Shown: positions 34,684-43,373 of the stretch, piece by piece
How positions within the stretch are numbered: position 1 is the first letter of the stretch
How the letters are laid out: each line of letters begins with the position of its first letter
From: an uncultured Polyangiaceae bacterium
Lineage (GTDB): Bacteria; Myxococcota_A; Polyangia; Polyangiales; Polyangiaceae
NCBI GenBank assembly: GCA_964392575.1
Contig: CAYMQT010000002.1
Location: forward strand, 21,832-85,831
Length of the DNA: 64,000 nt
Reading direction: 5' to 3'
Translations under genes and position numbers: made by a program
Notes under the pieces: model-generated
What the model was told of the DNA's origin: nothing
The model's database searches: none
Seen by the model: the letters and a program-made list of their open reading frames with translations, nothing else

Positions 34684-37600
34684 GTGGAGAGGTCCGCCAC
34701 AAAGTCAACCAAGTTGTCACTTGGCGCCTCTGGCTCAGTGCGAGGCGAAGAGCTGCCTCCGCTCGTCTCGTCAGAGGAACTGGCGGGGCTTCCCCTCGGG
34801 ACCCTTTTGGGCCGCGGCGAGTCGGCGGAGGTCTATGGGGCCAGGGCGGACAGTGGAACCCCGCTTGCTCTGAAGATCGCCCGTCCGGGTGCAGAGGAGG
34901 CCCTCCTTCGGGAAGCGCGCCTTCTGGCTCTGGTGGAGGGGGCGCCGGTCCCACAACTCTTGGGTGTAGCTAGGCGTGATGGCCGCGTCGTACTCGCCTT
35001 GTCTCTTGCAGCCGGAGAGTCGCTCGATCAGATCCTAGCGCGCGACCCTTCTCAAGAAGAGCGCGCGACCCTCGCTCGTTTGCTGCTCTCGGTCGCTCCG
35101 CGCGCTCTTGCGCATCTGCACGCCTTTCGTCGTGCTCACGGTGACGTGAAACCGGAGAATCTCTTCGTCGACACGGTGTCCGGCTCTGTGACCCTGATCG
35201 ATCTGGGTCTTTCGGATCCAGGGGGCGAGATCCGGGGAGGGACGCCGCGGTATTTACCTCCGGAAGTGAAAAGCGGAAGTGTCGTGGCTCAGGCGGCGGC
35301 TGATGTTTACGCGCTCGGTGTGGTTCTTCTTGAGGTCTTGGCCCCAGAGGTAGGCGACGAAGTGCCTGAACTTTGGCATCTGAAGAATCTTGCGCCTGCG
35401 TGGGGAAAGCTTCTCAGCGTGATGCTCCTGGGTGCGCCCGGACTCAGGCCCACGATGGATTTCGTGTCTGAGGAAGCACGCTGGCTGGGTCTCGTTCCGT
35501 TCGAGAGTGAAACGGGCGGACTTTCGGTTCTGCGCCGCCACTACATCGCCGTCCGGGCGCTCGATTTTTTGAGTACAAGGGGCGCGAGCGGTCGGAATTT
35601 TCCGGAGGGCCTTCCCGGCGCTTGGCTCAGGCGACTGGTGGAGCTGGAAGACCGCATCTTAGAAGTGGAGAGCGGGCGCGGAGTGACGTCTCGGCGGGGG
35701 ACTTCCGTTTCGACGGAGGGGATTTCTTGCGAATTGTCAGCGCACGATCGAAGTCGTTTTCTTGCGCGCCTCATTGGGCCTCACGCGGCGGATTATCGCA
35801 TCGCGGTCGCCCGCGACGAAGAGCTGATAGAGACGCTGCTTTCGGTCGGGAAGGGCAGAGATTTTCGCTCGCTCATCCGCGCGGACTTCGAGAGGGAAAA
35901 CGGAGCCGGGGAAGAAGCGGTCGGTGACGGCCCGATTGAGTGGGCTCTGAGCCTGGGGAGGAGTCCGGTTTCTCGCGTCCTCTTACGGCGGATTTTGGAG
36001 TCGAAGGAGGCGCCGGACGTGGTGCGTCTCAAGGCGGCTCGTAAAGCACGTCAACAGGGAGATCTTCGTCTCGCAAGTCAGCTGCTTCTGCCTTTGGAAG
36101 GTCCGGAGGCCGTCCTTGCGCGAGCGCTCGTCTTGAACCGTTCGGGCGCTTCCGCAAAGATCGCGGATCTCCTTGAATCCGTGCTTGAAAGCACAGATCT
36201 TCCTCAAGTCTCGTCGCGCGCGGCCGCCCTGCTCGCCCGTGGGCGTCTCGATGCAGGTGATGCAGAGGGAGCGCTGCACTTGTTAGAGAGCCGGGCACCG
36301 ACGGCAAGTTCTTGCGAAGTGATGGCTTTGTCATTCTTGGCGCTCACCGATCCAGAGCGCGCTCTTGCGTGTGTGCGGAGCGGTGAGGCGTTTGCGACCG
36401 ACGATGAAGAGACCGCCCGTCTTTTTGGAGTGCGGGGAATGATTGAACATCAACAGGGAGAAGCGCAGGCGGCGCTCTTGAGTTTCAGTCGGGCGGTAGC
36501 CTTGGCGAGTCGAGAGGGGGCGGCTCTTGAAGAAGCGACCTATTTGACCGGGGTGGCTGCCGCTGCTGCAGACGCCGGACAGACCGCCGATGCTTTGGCA
36601 GCGAGTGAGCGAGCGGAGGTGCTTTTTGAATCCCTCGAAAAGGGCATGCACACGGCGCGCGCGCTGCTATCCCGGGCCGCTGTTTTGTCCCGTCTGGGTG
36701 CGGAAGTGGAACTTGCTTCGGTGGTGCGCCGGGGTTCCGCCCTGGCCCAGAGCGTGGGCGATCAACTGTGCGAGGCTTATTTGGCCCTCGCTTGGGCGGA
36801 TGGATCGTCAGAGAGGGTGACGAGCGAGCAGGCGGCGCGCCGTGCCTCGGAACTCATCGGCACTGGTAGCCTTGAGGATCGTTTGCGCGTTGGTGCACGA
36901 TTGCTTTTTCACGGCATCGTCCCCGAGGGCGCGACGGACGAGTCGGCAGAAAAGTCCGCGTCTCGCGAAGCGGCGTTTGACTGGTGGGCGGCACGGACGC
37001 GCGCCGTTGAGGAGGTCGAGCGGGGGGGGCGTACCGAGACGTCCCACGCCGAGAGTCAGTACCTGATAGGTCGTCTGCTCTCCTTTTCTGTGGATGAGAT
37101 CTCCCCTGCTGTCCTTGGTCCGGGCATGGTGGCGGGCGCGCATCTCGCCCTTCGCGTGGGATTGAGCGAGGAAGCGCGGGCCTTGTTTTCAAGAGCCCGG
37201 GTGACGGCGGAGCGCTTTTTGTCGACGGTTCCTGAGGCGTACCGCACGCAGTGTGAGGACCTTCTGTGGGTGAAGCAAGCGCGCGGGAGCCGGGCGGACG
37301 GTCCCACCGGATCGACCAAGTTGGAGGACGTTGAAGCGCTTCTGCGCGCTCTTAGTCAGCGCAGAGGTTTCCGCGCATTGCTCGATCAGGTGCTCGACAT
37401 GCTGCTGCTTTGGACCGGAGTCGAGCGGGGACTCCTGCTGCTCCCGGCTCCGGGCGACAAGTTGGTCGTGCGAGCGGCCCGCAACCTGGACCGAAGGAGT
37501 CTCACGGAAGAGCAGAGGACGCTCAGCTTCTCCATGGCTCGACGGGCTTTATCCGAAGGCCGGCCGGTCGTGGCCGTGGACGCTATGCATGATCTTTCGC

Positions 37601-38913
37601 AGATTCATAAAAGCGTTCATGCGCTCAATCTGCGTAGTGTGCTGGCGGTTCCTTTGGCCGCACGCGGTAAGGTCGTGGGAGTTGCTTACCTGGATGATCG
37701 TATTCGGCGGGGAGCCTTCGGGGAGGCCGAGCTTTCTTGGGTGAGTTTGATTGCGACCGTTGCTGCGCTGGCGATTTCCGACGAGAGAGATCGGATCCAG
37801 CTGCGGAGGGCCGTAGGGCGCGCCGAGCGTGCGGAGCGGTCACTGGAGAAGAAACTGTCGAACCGGGAGGTGCAACTGGAAGTCGCCGAGCGAGAAATTT
37901 CTCGCATTCGAGGTGAGGGCGCGCTGCGCGGAACCTATGACCAGATCATCGGCCGCAGCCCCAAGATGATGGATGTGCTTCGACTCGTGGATCGCGTGTC
38001 TCAAGCGGACGTTCCGGTCATGATTTATGGCGAATCAGGGACCGGGAAGGAGCTGGTCGCTCGCGCCATTGCGCAAACGGGAGGGCGAAAGGAGCGGCCG
38101 TTCGTGGCGGAGAATTGTGCCTCCGTTCCGGAAAGCTTGCTCGAATCGGCCCTCTTTGGTCACAAGAGAGGCTCCTTTACGGGCGCCACCCGTGATCAAC
38201 CTGGTTTGTTTGAGTTGGCGCATGGCGGCACGCTGTTCCTCGATGAAATCGGGGACATGCCGTTGACCATGCAGGCGAAGCTTCTCCGTGTCCTTGCGGA
38301 CGGAGAGGTACGGCCCCTGGGTGCAGCGCGGTCAATCAAGGTCGATGTACGCTTGATCGTGGCGACCCATCGCGACCTGGAAATTTTGGCGAAGGAGGGA
38401 CAGTTTCGCGAAGATTTGTATTATCGTCTCAAGGTCGTCAGCGTATTTGTGCCGCCGCTGCGCGAAAGAAGAGAAGACATTCCCGTCTTGGTTGCTCACT
38501 TTGTGAAGAGGTATGGGGGCGGGCGCGAGCGACCTCTTTCGCCTGCCGCGCTTTCACGGCTCTGTAATTTTTCCTGGCCCGGCAACGTCCGTCAGCTTGA
38601 AAATGAGATTCGTCGCTTGCTCGTGCTCGGCGGGCAAGAACTCACAGCAGCAGATCTCAGCCCAGAGGTTCTCAGTGATTCAAGCGATCTCCCGCAGGCG
38701 CGCACTTTGCGGGAGAAGGTAGATGCTCTTGAAAGGCGGCTCGTAGTCGAGGCTCTTGAGCAAGCTCGTGGGAATCAGACTCGGGCGGCTGAAGCGCTCG
38801 GGCTCAGTCGCTTTGGCCTCTCTAAAATGACCCAGAGATTGGCCATCGATGTGTCCAAAAGCCGGCTGAAGGCTGGACGGATCCAGCAGCGCGGGTTAGA
38901 CGATTCCAGATGA
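34684..38913 (+). CDS. Ser/Thr kinase - TPR-like - GAF - sigma-54 AAA+ activator - Fis-type HTH fusion protein
   Basis: 1409-aa uninterrupted ORF. Kinase motifs (LGRGESAEVY; LALKIA; HGDVKPENLF; DLG; GTPRYLPPE). Long helical middle region. GAF-like block (GLLLLPAPGDKLVVRAARN...LAVPLAARGKVVGVAYLD). Sigma-54 interaction domain (GESGTGKELVARAIA; GSFTGA; LFLDEIGDM). C-terminal HTH (NQTRAAEALGLSRFGL). The exact start is uncertain. Confidence 0.85.
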   Translation: MERSATKSTKLSLGASGSVRGEELPPLVSSEELAGLPLGTLLGRGESAEVYGARADSGTPLALKIARPGAEEALLREARLLALVEGAPVPQLLGVARRDGRVVLALSLAAGESLDQILARDPSQEERATLARLLLSVAPRALAHLHAFRRAHGDVKPENLFVDTVSGSVTLIDLGLSDPGGEIRGGTPRYLPPEVKSGSVVAQAAADVYALGVVLLEVLAPEVGDEVPELWHLKNLAPAWGKLLSVMLLGAPGLRPTMDFVSEEARWLGLVPFESETGGLSVLRRHYIAVRALDFLSTRGASGRNFPEGLPGAWLRRLVELEDRILEVESGRGVTSRRGTSVSTEGISCELSAHDRSRFLARLIGPHAADYRIAVARDEELIETLLSVGKGRDFRSLIRADFERENGAGEEAVGDGPIEWALSLGRSPVSRVLLRRILESKEAPDVVRLKAARKARQQGDLRLASQLLLPLEGPEAVLARALVLNRSGASAKIADLLESVLESTDLPQVSSRAAALLARGRLDAGDAEGALHLLESRAPTASSCEVMALSFLALTDPERALACVRSGEAFATDDEETARLFGVRGMIEHQQGEAQAALLSFSRAVALASREGAALEEATYLTGVAAAAADAGQTADALAASERAEVLFESLEKGMHTARALLSRAAVLSRLGAEVELASVVRRGSALAQSVGDQLCEAYLALAWADGSSERVTSEQAARRASELIGTGSLEDRLRVGARLLFHGIVPEGATDESAEKSASREAAFDWWAARTRAVEEVERGGRTETSHAESQYLIGRLLSFSVDEISPAVLGPGMVAGAHLALRVGLSEEARALFSRARVTAERFLSTVPEAYRTQCEDLLWVKQARGSRADGPTGSTKLEDVEALLRALSQRRGFRALLDQVLDMLLLWTGVERGLLLLPAPGDKLVVRAARNLDRRSLTEEQRTLSFSMARRALSEGRPVVAVDAMHDLSQIHKSVHALNLRSVLAVPLAARGKVVGVAYLDDRIRRGAFGEAELSWVSLIATVAALAISDERDRIQLRRAVGRAERAERSLEKKLSNREVQLEVAEREISRIRGEGALRGTYDQIIGRSPKMMDVLRLVDRVSQADVPVMIYGESGTGKELVARAIAQTGGRKERPFVAENCASVPESLLESALFGHKRGSFTGATRDQPGLFELAHGGTLFLDEIGDMPLTMQAKLLRVLADGEVRPLGAARSIKVDVRLIVATHRDLEILAKEGQFREDLYYRLKVVSVFVPPLRERREDIPVLVAHFVKRYGGGRERPLSPAALSRLCNFSWPGNVRQLENEIRRLLVLGGQELTAADLSPEVLSDSSDLPQARTLREKVDALERRLVVEALEQARGNQTRAAEALGLSRFGLSKMTQRLAIDVSKSRLKAGRIQQRGLDDSR

Positions 38914-39803
38914 AATCCGGCGTTGTCGCGGCAGCTCAAGGAGCGTCGCTCTCGCGCCCGCTCTTGAAGTGGGCGGGTGGGAAGCGTCAGCTCTTGCATC
39001 AGATATGCAAGAGGCTACCTTCAAAAATCGAGACCTACTACGAGCCGTTCGTAGGTGGAGGGGCGGTTTTCTTTTCTCTTGCGGCTCAGGGACGATTCCG
39101 ACGCGCGGTCCTGTCGGACCAAAATGAGGAACTGATCGCGACCTATCGTGCGGTCAAACAGGACGTAGAAGCGGTGATCCGAGAACTCAAGAAGATGCGG
39201 CACTCGGAAGAAGATTACTACGAGATCCGCGCCTGGAAGCCCCGACTCTTGGCCAAGCGGGCAGCGCGCATGATTTACTTGAACCGGACCGGGTACAACG
39301 GCCTCTACCGAGTGAATCGTTCCGGTCAGTTCAACGTCCCGTTCGGTCGCTACGTGCGTCCGAACATCTGCGACGAGGATCGGCTCCGTGCGGTCGCCCG
39401 TGCGTTCTCAGGAGTGGACCTTTTGGTGGAGGATTTTTCGGGCGTGGTCTTAAAGAGTCGTCCTGGCGACGCCGTGTATTTCGACCCGCCTTACGTTCCT
39501 GTGTCAGCCACAGCGAAGTTCGCTGAGTATCACAAGAAGGCTTTTGGTGATGAGGAGCAAGAAGAACTCGTTCGCGTTTATGAGAGCCTGACTGAACGCG
39601 GGGTTTCGGCCGTCTTGTCCAATTCCGACACCCCGCGCACACGCGCCTTGTATCGCCACCTGTGCTACGAGCGGGTGAGCGCCCGTCGCAACATCAACTC
39701 TGCCGCTGATCGTCGGGGACCCACGACCGAGCTGCTCGTGTACAGCTCGCCCTCGGCGAGCCAGCTCGCGGTGCCTCGAAAGGTCGTTTTGGGGGGCCGT
39801 TAG
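38910..39803 (+). CDS. dam: DNA adenine methyltransferase (Dam/D12 class)
   Basis: LLKWAGGKRQLL, EPFVGGGAVFF (AdoMet motif) and VYFDPPY (catalytic DPPY). ATGA overlap with the upstream gene. Confidence 0.9.
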   Translation: MKSGVVAAAQGASLSRPLLKWAGGKRQLLHQICKRLPSKIETYYEPFVGGGAVFFSLAAQGRFRRAVLSDQNEELIATYRAVKQDVEAVIRELKKMRHSEEDYYEIRAWKPRLLAKRAARMIYLNRTGYNGLYRVNRSGQFNVPFGRYVRPNICDEDRLRAVARAFSGVDLLVEDFSGVVLKSRPGDAVYFDPPYVPVSATAKFAEYHKKAFGDEEQEELVRVYESLTERGVSAVLSNSDTPRTRALYRHLCYERVSARRNINSAADRRGPTTELLVYSSPSASQLAVPRKVVLGGR

Positions 39804-40688
39804 ATGGGCAAGGTGAGCGAGCAGCAGGCGCCTCAGAGCAAGCAGGCGCCTCAGAGCAAGCAGGCGCTTCAGAGCAAGCAGGCGCTTCAGATCAAGCAGA
39901 GTGAGGAGGTTTCTCTCGGGCGCGTGGGAATCATCGCTTTGTTCGGTTTCGTCATCGGCGTGGTTTGGCCTCGCCTTGCTGGGGTCAGTCTGGTGCCCGA
40001 AGCACCGGTGGAAAAAGGCGCACTCAGTTCACCGGAGGAGGAAACAAGTACGCCGACACCCGACACGGAGCCGGAGGTGATTGAGCTGACTCCCGAGGAT
40101 AGGCTCGCCATCAGCCCGCCCAAGATCACGAGTTGTATGGACTCCGAGGGAAAGAAGAGCAACTCCTGCGATGACGTGGATGTGGACTCGGTGGTCCACT
40201 CAGCTTTGATTTCGCTCTTGGGGTGTCCTTCGGCGACGGGGGTCTTCGGTAACCTGTCTTTGGGCTTCAAGCTCAATTTCGACAAGGGCAAGGTTCTGAG
40301 TCCAGAGAGCGGTCGCAGTACGGATCTGCCTGAGTTCACGACAAAAGAACTGCTGTTGTGTGCTGAGAAAGAGTTTTCTTTGATTCAGGTGAAGCCGCTC
40401 CCGCACAAGTACGCCGAGTACCAGGTGTACTATCAGATGGAATTCAAAACTCCGGAGGCTGCCGCGGAGGAGAAAACGTCGGTGACCGCCGCAAGTGGAC
40501 AAGCCACCGTGCGCTGGCAGGTCGCTCAAATCAGAAAGGAAGCCGACACGGAGGCGGAAGTGTTGACCCGGCTTCTCGCCGGCGCGCGAGTGATCGTCAC
40601 AGGTAGGATGGGGAAATGGTACCGCGTGAAATTTGACGCCAAAGGGCGCGAAGGTTGGGTGCATGGGGCCGCCCTTGGCTTCAAGTAA
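39804..40688 (+). CDS. Single-TM protein with an N-terminal QAPQSK repeat and a C-terminal SH3b-like domain
   Basis: The ATG immediately follows the dam stop. TM segment (VGIIALFGFVIGVVW). The C-terminus (VLTRLLAGARVIVTGRMGKWYRVKFDAKGREGWVHGAAL) looks like a bacterial SH3_3 domain. Confidence 0.6.
   Translation: MGKVSEQQAPQSKQAPQSKQALQSKQALQIKQSEEVSLGRVGIIALFGFVIGVVWPRLAGVSLVPEAPVEKGALSSPEEETSTPTPDTEPEVIELTPEDRLAISPPKITSCMDSEGKKSNSCDDVDVDSVVHSALISLLGCPSATGVFGNLSLGFKLNFDKGKVLSPESGRSTDLPEFTTKELLLCAEKEFSLIQVKPLPHKYAEYQVYYQMEFKTPEAAAEEKTSVTAASGQATVRWQVAQIRKEADTEAEVLTRLLAGARVIVTGRMGKWYRVKFDAKGREGWVHGAALGFK
39825..39896 (+). repeat. Four tandem 18-bp units (CAGGCGCCTCAGAGCAAG) encoding QAPQSK
   Basis: Read directly. 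Units start at 39825, 39843, 39861 and 39879. Confidence 0.9.
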
Positions 40689-40739
40689 GGTTGCTTGCAG
40701 AATGCGTGCATTGTGGCAGCCTAGGAGGAGCTTCTTGCC

Positions 40740-41153
40740 ATGACTGACGACAGCTCCCGGCCCCCAGCGGATCCCTCCGAGGCGAGCTCTTCAAAAGAGG
40801 ATGTCGTGTTGGTTCATGGGGTGACGACAGATCGGAAGGGCCTCATGGTGCTCCGGAAGAGGGACGACCGCATCGAGGCTGGCGAAGTGCGTCCGGTGAT
40901 TCCCGGAGCGCCACTCTATGGTGATATCGTCAAACTTCGGCCGCGAGAGGATCGCCCCTACTTGTGTGACGTGGAGACACAGTTTTCCTTACCCACTGAG
41001 CCCGGGAAGGGCGATTCGAGAGCCCAGGTCGAGTCTGGAGTGCGCTTCGCGGGCCATGGACCGCCGCAGGTCGCCACGAGCAACTACCGGGACAACTGGG
41101 ATAAGATTTGGTCGCGGGATGGAGAAGATCTCAAGAAGGAGGAGTGGAACTGA
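40740..41153 (+). CDS. Hypothetical protein
   Basis: 137-aa ORF with AGGAGG 11 nt upstream of the ATG and coding-like composition. No domain recognised. Confidence 0.5.
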   Translation: MTDDSSRPPADPSEASSSKEDVVLVHGVTTDRKGLMVLRKRDDRIEAGEVRPVIPGAPLYGDIVKLRPREDRPYLCDVETQFSLPTEPGKGDSRAQVESGVRFAGHGPPQVATSNYRDNWDKIWSRDGEDLKKEEWN

Positions 41154-41195
41154 GGTTTCGTGGTAGCGCGAGCTTGTGAGTTCGTGTGCAAGGTC

Positions 41196-43373
41196 TCAAA
41201 ACAAACGGTCGAGCTGTTCGAGACTTGCCGTTTGGACGAAAAAGGTCGTGGAAGCGTCGCTTTGCCACAACATTTCGGCGCTCTGGCCCATCCATGCGGT
41301 CACTCCTCCGAGCGAAATTTTGAAGGGCTCGGGCTGACCATCGGGACCCTTTCGTTCTCCAGAGAGTTGCATACGCGGGCTCTGCATCCGTGAAAGTGGC
41401 GCCTCCGAAGGCGAAGCGGACAGGACGCGCACCGCTCGTAGGGCGTCGATGAGGGAGGCCACCATGTGATCACTTGCCTCGCCACCCGAGGCGCGAAGGA
41501 CACCTGCGCGGAGTTCGAACTCATAGGAGTGCCCCCGCACCTCGACCTGCAAGCGCAAGAGATCGTCGGGTTCGAGGGTGACCGGAGCTCGATCCGTAAA
41601 TGAAACCATCAGACGTCGTTGCGTTTCGAGCGGAAGAACGAACGAGCCTTCCGTGAAATTTGCTGAGGCGAGGATCCCTCCTCGGACGCGGCCGCCGAGA
41701 GCAAGTTCGTAGGATTTTGAGCCGGCGGCGGTGTCGACAGTGAAGCGCACCTTCGTCCTTTCGAGATCTGGACTTGTCTCTTCTTCAAGAAAGCGGACGG
41801 CGCTCAAATGTGCGAGTTCTTCGAAGGCAAACCGCGAGAGTTCGGGATCTGCGGGCGCGGATCCGTTCAAGAAAACACCGTCTTTCGTGCGGGTGAGATG
41901 CTGACGATGCAGGTTCGGAGTCTGCACCTCCATCTCCCGAATCTCCTCGGGCCTCACTTGAAGCAGGGTGCGCTCACGCGCCCAGGCATCCAGTGCCCGA
42001 AACACCCAGCGCCCGCTTTGAGGTACCGAGAAAACGGCGCCGTCGTCTTCGCGAGAGACAAAAAGTTGTCCATCCTTGAGCCGATGCGTCGTCAGTTTCG
42101 CGCGATGGACCTTTGAGCCTGTCGATGGATCTTGGTGGACGAAGGTTTCGGGAAGTTGCCCGGTCACAGTGAGCGTTCCTAGGGGCTGAGCGTCCGCGGG
42201 GAGCGCATTGACCCGTTCCAGCGCCAACTCGGACAGTTGCTGAAGAAATTCGTCTCCGGCGTCGCTCGGGATGCTCTGCCCTTCGCGGCTCGCAAGGATG
42301 TACCCTGCATCTTTGCGCATGAGGTCGAGCTTCTTGTCTTGCTCGGAAATGACGACATGGTCGATCTCATCTGCCTTGAAGAACACGGCGTGCGCTCCGG
42401 GCCAGAGTTTTTCCTCCGTGATGAGTGCGGGGGTGATCGTCCTCGTCACACAGCCTGAAAGAGCATGCGGAGGGCTTCGCACCGCTCCCATGAGCAAGGG
42501 TTCTTCGGGGCACTCGGCGCCTAGGACGACTTCGTACTCCGCCCTTCCCTCTCCGAAAAGGGTGACCGTGACAAGGTCTTTTTCGTGGGGCTTGGGCAGG
42601 GCTGTATCAGCAACGGTATCCACGAACCTTTCCAACTTGGCCCGCGCGAGATGGAAGAACAGAAGATCGACGAGATCGCGATCAGCGAGTGTGCGACTCG
42701 AAGAAGTCTCGACAAAAAACCCGGAGGGCTCAGGGACGAGGGAGATCCAAATGTCGCCGCGACTCATTGTGATCTTGCGAGCGGATTTCCTGCCGATGGG
42801 GAAAAGCAGGTTGCCTTTGAACGACTGTCCGCTGGCCTTGAGAGCCGCGACGAGTTCGGCGGGGATCACTCCGTTCATCTGCGTATTTCCAGGACCACTC
42901 ACCTGCGCGTAGGCGGCGCCCGCAGGGGCGGGGGCGCTTTTGCCGACCAAGAGTCGGAAGGTCCGCGGGCCGGCGAGAATGCGGACCTCCGCTTGAGGCT
43001 CTGAAAGCCCCATGACGCTTGTGTTTTCTTCAGAAAGGACGCGAACGAAGGTCGAAAATTCAAGAACGTTCAAAAGGTCGGTCACGGCTGCGCGATCGGC
43101 CTCGGTCTCTTCGCCCTCCCCCAGAAAGTATTCATCGGTGGCTTCTGCGGTCGCTCCGCCTTTTCGCCTGAGCAAGGTGCCAAGCTGTGGTTCCTCGGGA
43201 GAAGAGAGGCGAATTTCGCTGATGGCGGAGCGCTCAAAGGCCGGGAAAACGTTGTCCTTGCGTGCGATGAGTTCGCTCGATGTGGGGGCTCCGGCAGTCA
43301 AGGCCAGGTAGATGCCGAGGCCGATTGCAACGACAAATAGACTGATGTCGACCCAAGCTTTGCGCGCGGTCAT
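41196..43373 (-). CDS. DUF4340-like protein (last gene of a GldA/F/G-type ABC operon)
   Basis: N-terminal TM anchor and large size. ATGA overlap with the GldG-like gene. DUF4340 proteins typically occupy this position. The call rests mainly on context. Confidence 0.5.
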   Translation of the reverse strand: MTARKAWVDISLFVVAIGLGIYLALTAGAPTSSELIARKDNVFPAFERSAISEIRLSSPEEPQLGTLLRRKGGATAEATDEYFLGEGEETEADRAAVTDLLNVLEFSTFVRVLSEENTSVMGLSEPQAEVRILAGPRTFRLLVGKSAPAPAGAAYAQVSGPGNTQMNGVIPAELVAALKASGQSFKGNLLFPIGRKSARKITMSRGDIWISLVPEPSGFFVETSSSRTLADRDLVDLLFFHLARAKLERFVDTVADTALPKPHEKDLVTVTLFGEGRAEYEVVLGAECPEEPLLMGAVRSPPHALSGCVTRTITPALITEEKLWPGAHAVFFKADEIDHVVISEQDKKLDLMRKDAGYILASREGQSIPSDAGDEFLQQLSELALERVNALPADAQPLGTLTVTGQLPETFVHQDPSTGSKVHRAKLTTHRLKDGQLFVSREDDGAVFSVPQSGRWVFRALDAWARERTLLQVRPEEIREMEVQTPNLHRQHLTRTKDGVFLNGSAPADPELSRFAFEELAHLSAVRFLEEETSPDLERTKVRFTVDTAAGSKSYELALGGRVRGGILASANFTEGSFVLPLETQRRLMVSFTDRAPVTLEPDDLLRLQVEVRGHSYEFELRAGVLRASGGEASDHMVASLIDALRAVRVLSASPSEAPLSRMQSPRMQLSGERKGPDGQPEPFKISLGGVTAWMGQSAEMLWQSDASTTFFVQTASLEQLDRLF

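Noticed and set aside
38910-39803. Dam as part of a restriction-modification or other defence system.
   Set aside because: No endonuclease, ATPase/helicase or other defence-type gene flanks it. GATC is visibly common in the window.
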